Of a DNA stretch of 52,660 nt, positions 18,508 to 25,505 are shown piece after piece (the first letter of the stretch is position 1; each line of letters opens with the position of its first letter). The translations under genes and the position numbers were made by a program. The notes under the pieces are model-generated. The model was not told where the DNA came from. It saw nothing but the letters and a program-made list of their open reading frames with translations, and ran no database searches. The stretch covers positions 1-52,660 of the IMG/VR virus record IMGVR_UViG_3300005537_000007. One strand, written 5' to 3'. Source of the DNA: a virus (lineage: Duplodnaviria; Caudoviricetes).

Positions 18508-20207
18508 CCGATCTTAAAATCAGCCAGCTTCCGGTTCCGGTTACGCACACCCCCACGGGGGCGGAGCTGATGGAAACGGCTATTGCCAACACCAACAATT
18601 ACCAGCTGCCGCTTAACACCGTGCGCGGCATTGGCGTGGGCAAGGCTTTGGCTTCGGCGTATACCCCAAGCATCGGCAACCCGGTGTCAGGGCTCGCGTG
18701 GAAAGTCCAACGCACCATGCGCCCCATTGGGCCACTGGCACCGCGGTTGGTGATCTTCGAGGATAATTTCACTCAAGACTGCGGGTTCTATTCGTATTCG
18801 GGCAACATTGGCACTCGATCCTTTGTCAACGGGCATTTGCAGCTTGCATCCACAAGCAACACGTTTGGCAATTCGCAGAATATCAACACAACGCAGAAGT
18901 TTGAATTTCCAGGTTTCGCAATCGCGTTAGAGGGTATTGTCCCCAGCCCGGATAGCGGGGCCAATGTACTCGCACTGGGCATCACCAAAGCGGGCAACAA
19001 CTTCCTGTACTCTTATTTCGAGACGGGCAGCGGTACGCAAAATCGTATTACTGTAGCCAAGGTAGTTGGTGGCTCGTTCACAATTTTGGCGCAAACCGGC
19101 ATCGGGTCACTTCCATCCGGAATGACTGGTTTTTGCTTATCATTTGATGGCAACGGCTTCACTATTTGGATTCAAGTCAACACGGGCTCTTGGTACCCCG
19201 TGTTGACCGTGAGCATTACCGACTTCAACATGTTGTCTCCGGCCGAGTTGGCGGCATGGTCCCCGTTCTGGAACGTGACCGGAGGGACAACAACCCCGTG
19301 GGTGTTGGGTAAATTTAGCCTCGGTTATTCATACGCGACAATGTTCCGCGACTATCGCATAGTGAAGAACAAAGACGGTACGCCGTACGTATCCAACGGA
19401 TATTTGTACTTCACCGCGACCAACAACTATTGCGGCATTTGGAGGATGAACGTCAAGACCGGAACTTTCGAAAAGACCGGTGGCGTTCAAATGAATCGCA
19501 GCGGCACAATCTACTTCGATCTCAATTTAGATCTTGTATGGGATCAAGACGCCAACACGTGGCGGCTAACATTCGCCACGTGGGGCAACAACAGTTTCAC
19601 CAACGTCAAAGTATTTGCCGGCACATACAACGGCGACATTTTGAACGGCATGCATACCATCGCCGGAGCCACGCAGCTTTCGTTATCGCAGGGTGGTGGC
19701 TCCAACGCAGTATACGATCAGTGTTTGGTGTTCAATTACACCACCGGCCTTTGGACCCTCGCATATGCAGTGAGCCCCGGCGGAACGTTCGGCGGCAACA
19801 TGCGCATTGCAGTGGATACTTCACCTGACCTTGTTACGTGGACTAACTCATGGGTAGACACCACGCGTTTAAACAGCGAAGGCGCGTGGATTGCCAAAAT
19901 CGGCGGCAACTTCTACGTATTCGCCGGTGATGGAACTAACTTCAATTGTTGGGATTTAACGGGGACTTTCCTGGGCACAGTCGTAGTCGACGTACCACCC
20001 CCGTCGATGGGCAACCCACCACCACACTTCATTGTGTTTCCTTGGATGGATGGGGACACCACGCAATACTACGCGTTAACGTGGACAAACGTGCAGTTTA
20101 ACGTTGGCGGTGGCGCCGTGGGTATTTTCAGCAATGGTTCGCCAATGCTGTACCGCGCCCTTCAGACGGAAACCGGGTTTGAGTTCAACGCTATCGGTAA
20201 TGTCTAA
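18504..20207 (+). CDS. Putative receptor-binding/tailspike protein: KISQLP anchor, lectin-like beta domain, beta-propeller glycoside-hydrolase-like domain
   Basis: N-terminal DLKISQLP. Aromatic/Gly/Asn-rich beta sequence with FRD, VYD, Asp-box TSPDLVTW and EG motifs recalling GH43/GH32-type propellers. Confidence 0.55.
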   Translation: MTDLKISQLPVPVTHTPTGAELMETAIANTNNYQLPLNTVRGIGVGKALASAYTPSIGNPVSGLAWKVQRTMRPIGPLAPRLVIFEDNFTQDCGFYSYSGNIGTRSFVNGHLQLASTSNTFGNSQNINTTQKFEFPGFAIALEGIVPSPDSGANVLALGITKAGNNFLYSYFETGSGTQNRITVAKVVGGSFTILAQTGIGSLPSGMTGFCLSFDGNGFTIWIQVNTGSWYPVLTVSITDFNMLSPAELAAWSPFWNVTGGTTTPWVLGKFSLGYSYATMFRDYRIVKNKDGTPYVSNGYLYFTATNNYCGIWRMNVKTGTFEKTGGVQMNRSGTIYFDLNLDLVWDQDANTWRLTFATWGNNSFTNVKVFAGTYNGDILNGMHTIAGATQLSLSQGGGSNAVYDQCLVFNYTTGLWTLAYAVSPGGTFGGNMRIAVDTSPDLVTWTNSWVDTTRLNSEGAWIAKIGGNFYVFAGDGTNFNCWDLTGTFLGTVVVDVPPPSMGNPPPHFIVFPWMDGDTTQYYALTWTNVQFNVGGGAVGIFSNGSPMLYRALQTETGFEFNAIGNV

Positions 20208-21053
20208 ATGGCGTTCGAAAATCACCTACTGTTAGAAACTGGCGGGTTTCGACTTCTCGAAACCGGCGCTGGTAATCGGCTGCTGGAGAACTCTCCGGCC
20301 GGCACGGTTGTGCCTAATGTCGTAGGCGATCCGATCCCCGCCGCGTCCGCCGCCCTAACCGCCGTAGGGCTATTCGTAGGCACCATAACTGGCGCCGTGG
20401 ATACGTCCGTCCCCATCGGAACTGTGATTTCGCAAAATCCGGTGGGTGGCTCCGTGGTGGCGCCGGGATCGAGTGTCGATCTTGTCATCTCCGTGCCTGC
20501 TACCAATTTCGACGTGATGCTGACGGTAATCAGTCAGTATCAGAATAGCCCTGTGTTGCTGCAGCTCATAGAGAACATGGGCGTATATCTCAACCAGCAA
20601 GTTAACTACGCGATGTTTTACGCGTATGTGTGGAACGTATCCACGGCTGTGGACTTCGGGTTGGACATATGGGGCAAGATTGTCAACATCGGCCGTGCGT
20701 TGAACGTCAACGGCAGTCCGGTCATTCTCGGAAATGATGATTTCCGAACACTGATATTAGTCAAAGCGTTGTCAAACATCGTGGCTACAACGGCGCCTGC
20801 GATGAATCAACTGCTGACTAATCTGTTCGGCACACTTGGCCGGACATACGTCACCGACAGCGGTGGCATGGAAATGCACCTTGTTTTCGAGTACGTTATC
20901 ACGGACATACAGCGGGCCATCTTGACGCAATCCGGCGCACTGCCGCACCCGGCGGGCGTTCGCGTGAATATCGTCAGCTTCGATCCGGCACATACATTTG
21001 GATTTCATGGGTCCGGACTGCAGCCGTTCAATCAGGGCACGTTCTGGGCGTAA
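20208..21053 (+). CDS. Baseplate wedge protein (DUF2612 family) with N-terminal LLLETGG repeat and PASTA domain
   Basis: C-terminal TVISQYxNSP, WNVxTAxxFGLDIWGKIV, L.HPAGV and PFNQGTF. Residues 33-95 match the PASTA pattern VPNVVG...A...L...GL...GTVISQNP..G..V..G..V.LVIS. Confidence 0.8.
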   Translation: MAFENHLLLETGGFRLLETGAGNRLLENSPAGTVVPNVVGDPIPAASAALTAVGLFVGTITGAVDTSVPIGTVISQNPVGGSVVAPGSSVDLVISVPATNFDVMLTVISQYQNSPVLLQLIENMGVYLNQQVNYAMFYAYVWNVSTAVDFGLDIWGKIVNIGRALNVNGSPVILGNDDFRTLILVKALSNIVATTAPAMNQLLTNLFGTLGRTYVTDSGGMEMHLVFEYVITDIQRAILTQSGALPHPAGVRVNIVSFDPAHTFGFHGSGLQPFNQGTFWA

Positions 21054-21066
21054 TTGTGGAGTTAGC

Positions 21067-22293
21067 ATGCCTGTCACGACACCTACCAACTTAATTACCG
21101 AGCCGTTTGGCGCATCCGCCGTCGATATTACGCTACCGGTGCCCATCACCGACCCAGGTAGCGGACAGGCATCGTTTACGTTGGGATTCCCTCACGTCAA
21201 CAAGCTGCCGGTGAATACGGGCGGTATTCCGCCTTATCTGGAGGATATGAACGGTATCCTCAACATGGTGACGGCGTACGCTGCCGCGCTCGGAGCGGGA
21301 CAGATTTTCCCCTACTCATCCGCGCTCGCCACTGCCATCGGAGGTTTCAAGCAAGGCGCCATTTTGGCACAAGCCAGCGGCGCAGGGTTTTGGCTCAATT
21401 TGACCAATGGCAACACCTCCAACCCTGACACTGGCGGTGCCGGGTGGGTACCGTTATACACCTATGGCATTGCCACCGTCCCGGTAACAGGCGGTGTCGT
21501 AACGCTGACGACGGCGCAAGCGGCGTGTGAAACTATTATTTTTACTGGCACACTCACTACCGACTGCGCGGTGGTGGTGCCGCCGGTAGTGCGGCGCTGG
21601 ACGTTTGTGAATAACACCACGGCCGGTCTTTCATTCCAGATAACCATACAATCGGCACTAGGCCACGCCGCCGCCACACTGCAGCAACCGGATAGCATAA
21701 ACCCACTTTCGGTTTGCACAGGCGTACGTGGTGATGGCACTAATTGCTACAACGAATTCGCGCCGCTGTTTTCCCCGCAGTTTTATGGGTCACCTACTTG
21801 CGCTTTGGGGACTATAGGCGGCAACGCGTTCCAAGTCATAAATCAACAGTACTTGCGCGATGTTTTGTTATCGTCGCCTGCGTTGGGCGGAACTCCCACC
21901 GCCGCGACCGCGTCATTTGGCACCAACAACACGCAGATTGCGACTACCGCGTTTGTGCAAGCGGCCCTTGTGCCCAGCTCACACTTGGCGACAACAGGAC
22001 ATCGTATAAGCCCGGACGGTTACATAGAGCAATGGGGGCCGATAGCGGCCGGCGCAGGGATCAACCCCGTGGATATTGCCATAACGTTTGACATCCCATT
22101 CCCCCACGAATGTTTCCACGTGAGCGTTACTACTAACCGCAGCGTTGCGACAGCGGGTCAAGCAGGCAGTGGCAGTAACTTTGCGCTAGGGTACAGGGGT
22201 GCTGGGCCGACTTCGGGATGTACCGTCACGATTGACGATTCGCTCGGATCGGCTTCCGCATATGCGGGTACGTATTACGCCGTAGGATGGTAA
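21067..22293 (+). CDS. Tail fibre protein
   Basis: N-terminal ASFxxGFP...GGIPP..DMNGIL, tail-fibre repeat SPALxGTPTA...TQIATTAFVQAA, and C-terminal PDGYIEQWG module. Confidence 0.85.
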   Translation: MPVTTPTNLITEPFGASAVDITLPVPITDPGSGQASFTLGFPHVNKLPVNTGGIPPYLEDMNGILNMVTAYAAALGAGQIFPYSSALATAIGGFKQGAILAQASGAGFWLNLTNGNTSNPDTGGAGWVPLYTYGIATVPVTGGVVTLTTAQAACETIIFTGTLTTDCAVVVPPVVRRWTFVNNTTAGLSFQITIQSALGHAAATLQQPDSINPLSVCTGVRGDGTNCYNEFAPLFSPQFYGSPTCALGTIGGNAFQVINQQYLRDVLLSSPALGGTPTAATASFGTNNTQIATTAFVQAALVPSSHLATTGHRISPDGYIEQWGPIAAGAGINPVDIAITFDIPFPHECFHVSVTTNRSVATAGQAGSGSNFALGYRGAGPTSGCTVTIDDSLGSASAYAGTYYAVGW

Positions 22294-22300
22294 GGCTGAC

Positions 22301-22519
22301 ATGAGCGATATAGACGAGAAATCCGTTATGTTAGGCCAACATGAAGCGCGATTGGATAGCGTTGAGGCCACACTCAACGAAATCCGCGGTGATGTAAAGC
22401 GGCTCGTTGAGTACATGGACCGCGCCAAGGGTTCGTGGAAAACGTTGGTCGCTATCGGCGGTATCACCACGGCGGTAGTTGAAGGCGTTCACCAACTTGT
22501 CGGATGGTTGCACAAATGA
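22301..22519 (+). CDS. Putative holin/antiholin (coiled coil plus C-terminal TM)
   Basis: 72 aa with a coiled coil then a hydrophobic tail, ATGA-coupled to the endolysin gene. Confidence 0.55.
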   Translation: MSDIDEKSVMLGQHEARLDSVEATLNEIRGDVKRLVEYMDRAKGSWKTLVAIGGITTAVVEGVHQLVGWLHK

Positions 22520-23043
22520 CGCGAGACGAAGCTGTAGCGTTGATGATCCGCCTGGAGGGCGGCGAGGCGAACGTTAAAGGCGATCCGGGCGGGCACACCA
22601 AGTACGGTATCACGCAAGCCACGTTGGATTCGTACCGCAAAAACGCACCACTACTTGGGCTGCCCACCAACGTGGCGAATTTGACCACTACACAAGCGGC
22701 GGTTATTTACATCGATGTTGATTGGGATGCTATGCAGTGCGACGAACTGCCCGCACCACTCGCCGCGTTGATGCTCAATTCTGCGGTGAATCAAGGCGAG
22801 CCCACCGCCGTAGGGCTACTGCAAGAATGTCTGGGATTGCGTGTTGACCGTTTGATGGGGCCCGCTACGTTGGCTGAGGTCGCCACGTGGAAGTCTAAGT
22901 ACATGCCTGAACAGACTCTTGCGGAAGAGTTTGCCGCGCGCGTAGCAGTTCGTTACGCCTCGCTCAACCGCACCGAGTGGCAATTCGAGTTAGGTTGGAT
23001 GCGGCGGTTGTTCCGCATCTATACCCTCGCCATCTCCGGATAG
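22516..23043 (+). CDS. Endolysin, glycoside hydrolase family 108 with C-terminal peptidoglycan-binding motif
   Basis: Motifs EGG, DPGGxTKYGIT, AVNQG and FxxGWxRR. Confidence 0.9.
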   Translation: MTRDEAVALMIRLEGGEANVKGDPGGHTKYGITQATLDSYRKNAPLLGLPTNVANLTTTQAAVIYIDVDWDAMQCDELPAPLAALMLNSAVNQGEPTAVGLLQECLGLRVDRLMGPATLAEVATWKSKYMPEQTLAEEFAARVAVRYASLNRTEWQFELGWMRRLFRIYTLAISG

Positions 23044-23232
23044 TTGGTCAGCGCGTCGCTTTATGTATCGGCGGCACAATGCCAGTGCGTGAGGAACGGT
23101 CGGATTCTTGGTTCGGGTCGTGTCTATAACTGCTAACGTAACGGGATCGCGAACAAAGAAGTAGTGTTCAGTCCTGCCCAAATGTATTCGATGTTTTGTT
23201 GCGAATTGAGCGACAGTTTTTGGAATATTCAT
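22990..23232 (-). CDS. Hypothetical protein in an antisense cassette within the lysis module
   Basis: 80-aa ORF downstream of 23266..23439 and its promoter. Its 3' end overlaps the endolysin gene. Confidence 0.45.
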   Translation of the reverse strand: MNIPKTVAQFATKHRIHLGRTEHYFFVRDPVTLAVIDTTRTKNPTVPHALALCRRYIKRRADQLSGDGEGIDAEQPPHPT

Positions 23233-23265
23233 TTCCGTTGCACCGTAGATTGGTTGTACGGTTAA

Positions 23266-23439
23266 TTATCGATCCCTGGTATCTACCGGCGCATCTACCA
23301 CCATTTCTTTGACGTATGCTCGAAACCGTTGGATCTGCGATACAGCTTCCTCAGCCTTCTCGGAAGTTGAGCAAACTGCAGCGATCTTGTCAGTACCGGT
23401 TAGGCTGTTGACTTCTCGAAATACAAGATAGACCTTCAT
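23266..23439 (-). CDS. Small 57-aa protein (MKVYLVF...IAAVCSTxEKAEEA, DUF7336-like); first gene after an operator-containing promoter
   Basis: Read manually (below the ORF-track cutoff). AGGA RBS. Pattern is common in small phage proteins. Confidence 0.6.
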   Translation of the reverse strand: MKVYLVFREVNSLTGTDKIAAVCSTSEKAEEAVSQIQRFRAYVKEMVVDAPVDTRDR

Positions 23440-23469
23440 TCTGGGTTCCTGGTTGTCCGATGTGCAAGC

Positions 23470-23513
23470 ATCTTACTGACCGAGCCGTCAGTTTGCAAGT
23501 GATGCGCGTCACA
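23470..23513 (-). promoter_or_regulatory. Leftward sigma70 promoter TTGCAA-17-TAAGAT with TGAC-N6-GTCA operator in the spacer and a CRP-like AGTGA-N6-TCACA box abutting -35
   Basis: -35 at 23493-23498, -10 at 23470-23475, palindrome at 23477-23490. Near-identical to 45280-45323. Confidence 0.75.
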
Positions 23514-23553
23514 GTTTATACTTCGGTCGATTTTCCATAATCTGGGCGAAACC

Positions 23554-24162
23554 ATGAAGCACCTTGGCACGTACCTTGCGCATTACATGGCGCTCCTGGC
23601 AGGACTCGCCGCCGGTGTCGCATCCTTCAAGCCAGCCCTATTCGAAACCTTCTTGCCGTTCCTCGGCCCCCACGCGGCCGGGATCATCGGTGGTGCCGCC
23701 GCCCTCGTGGCCGCGCTCCATGCGCTCGGGATCGACCCGCCAAAGGCCGCCGCCGCGCTCCTCGTGGGCGTACTGTCCGCCGGTACGTTACATGGTTGCG
23801 CCACGCCGCCCGCTGGCGCATCGCTCGCCCAGGCCGCGCCCTTCGTGGAAGCTGCCGTCGATGTCGCCGTCGCTACGGCCGAATCTAAGGGCCTACAGCC
23901 GGCGCAAATCAATGCCATCGCCAAACTTGCCTTGGCCGCCGACGAGGGCTCCACGGCGAGCCTGAGCGCGATTGCAGTTGTCGTCAACGCGGAGCTGTCG
24001 AAGCTCGCGCTACCGCCGGGTGATGTAGCCGCCGCGCTCATCCTCGAGGATGCGTTGCGCGTGGCCATCACGGCGCGACTTGCCAACGATCCCAGTGCCG
24101 CGCAGGTGCAGGCCGCCGCCGCGCTCGTGATTCAGGATGTCATCAATGCTACCGGAGGTTAA
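23554..24162 (+). CDS. Membrane protein with internal lipobox (holin- or spanin-like)
   Basis: Hydrophobic segments, then LSAGTLHG-C, then an Ala-rich helical region. Located in the lysis region. Confidence 0.5.
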   Translation: MKHLGTYLAHYMALLAGLAAGVASFKPALFETFLPFLGPHAAGIIGGAAALVAALHALGIDPPKAAAALLVGVLSAGTLHGCATPPAGASLAQAAPFVEAAVDVAVATAESKGLQPAQINAIAKLALAADEGSTASLSAIAVVVNAELSKLALPPGDVAAALILEDALRVAITARLANDPSAAQVQAAAALVIQDVINATGG

Positions 24163-24163
24163 T

Positions 24164-24610
24164 GTGCGTAAATTTTACACTGGCGTTGTACTCGCGCTGC
24201 TGAGCGCTCTGACGGTTACCGCCGTTCAGGCGCAGACTGTCAACGAATCGGCTGCGGTGGCATGGACTGCTCCGACCAATGACGCCAACGGCATTCCGCT
24301 GGCGGGATCGCCCAATGCGGTCACGTCGTACAATGTCTATGCAAGCACCACGCCGCTGACGGCGGTACCGACCACGGCGCCGTTGGCTGTCGTCACCGCG
24401 CCGGCCACCACCGTAACGGGCTCCGTGTCCGCCTCCGTGGGAGCTACGTTGTACGTGTACGTGACGGCCTGTAACGCCACGGGGTGCTCGGCATTGTCAA
24501 CACCAGCTACAAAGCTCGTGGCAATCCCAGGGGCGCCGCCGGGTATCCCCACCAGCGTCACGCTGACCGTCACCGTCGTCCCTGTTGCGTCCAGCGCCAC
24601 GAAACCGTAA
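24164..24610 (+). CDS. Secreted fibronectin type III domain protein
   Basis: GTG start with GGAGG RBS. Signal peptide MRKFYTGVVLALLSALTVTAVQA, then FN3 motifs WTAP, SYNVY and YVYVTACNATGCS. Confidence 0.7.
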   Translation: MRKFYTGVVLALLSALTVTAVQAQTVNESAAVAWTAPTNDANGIPLAGSPNAVTSYNVYASTTPLTAVPTTAPLAVVTAPATTVTGSVSASVGATLYVYVTACNATGCSALSTPATKLVAIPGAPPGIPTSVTLTVTVVPVASSATKP

Positions 24611-25209
24611 TGTCGGTCCACGTGCACCTTGTCCACGGGATTTTGGACCCCGTTGGACACGCCGGCTTGCTGAAATTAGTGCCCTACCTTCAGCAAGCCG
24701 GCTTTGACGTGCGCGTGCCCGACTACGGGCTCATTACGGCGGTCGAGACACGGCTGGTTAACCCAATCATGACTCGATGTCTACGCCCCTACATGGAGCC
24801 GGGCGATGTATACATCGGACACAGCAACGGTTGCGCCATTGGTTACGATCTCGTGGCGTCCGGCGCGTGGGACCTTGCCGGGCTCGTGCTGATCAACGCC
24901 GCCCTGAAACGCGATATCAAGCTCCCAGGCCGGATGTGGGCTGACGTGTACTATAACGAAGGTGATGACGCGACCGTGGCCGCTGTAGCGGCTGCAGCGA
25001 TCGGGCTAACCGATCCGGTGTGGGGCAGCATGGGCCACGGGGGCTACGAAGGTAGCAACCCCCTCATCACGAACATCGATTGCGGCCACCCGGCTCCGAC
25101 CGATCTGCCGGCCGTTTCCGGGCACGGCGATATCTTCACGGACGCCAAAATCACCGCTTGGGCGCCGTTCATCGTGCGCCGAATTCTCAAGCATCTGCGC
25201 ACGCCGTAA
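24610..25209 (+). CDS. Alpha/beta hydrolase (lipase/esterase-like)
   Basis: Oxyanion motif LVHGI, nucleophile elbow GHSNG, candidate Asp (EGDD) and His (GHGD). Confidence 0.75.
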   Translation: MSVHVHLVHGILDPVGHAGLLKLVPYLQQAGFDVRVPDYGLITAVETRLVNPIMTRCLRPYMEPGDVYIGHSNGCAIGYDLVASGAWDLAGLVLINAALKRDIKLPGRMWADVYYNEGDDATVAAVAAAAIGLTDPVWGSMGHGGYEGSNPLITNIDCGHPAPTDLPAVSGHGDIFTDAKITAWAPFIVRRILKHLRTP

Positions 25210-25505
25210 CGCTTTGAGCTCACGCTTCGTGTAGCCGCCGAGCTTAGCCCGATACAGCGCGCGGTCTGCGGCGCGTAATCGCTCAGCATTCTTCTGGTAA
25301 TACTTGGCTCTAGCGCGGCGTTGTGCTTCAGTCGTCATTTACAACTCGCATTTTGTCTGGTGGGATGTCATGCCAATGGCGCCAAAAACACCCGCGCCAG
25401 TCGCTCACGCATCGCCAGGGGTTGACACACTTTGGCCATGTAGGCGCACATCTCAAGCCATCCCCGCATACGGTTGTGCAAAGCATCCGCGTGGGGATAT
25501 CTTCC

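Noticed and set aside
18504-22293. Diversity-generating retroelement or invertible tail-fibre switch
   Set aside because: No reverse transcriptase, invertase, TR/VR pair or inverted crossover sites were seen.
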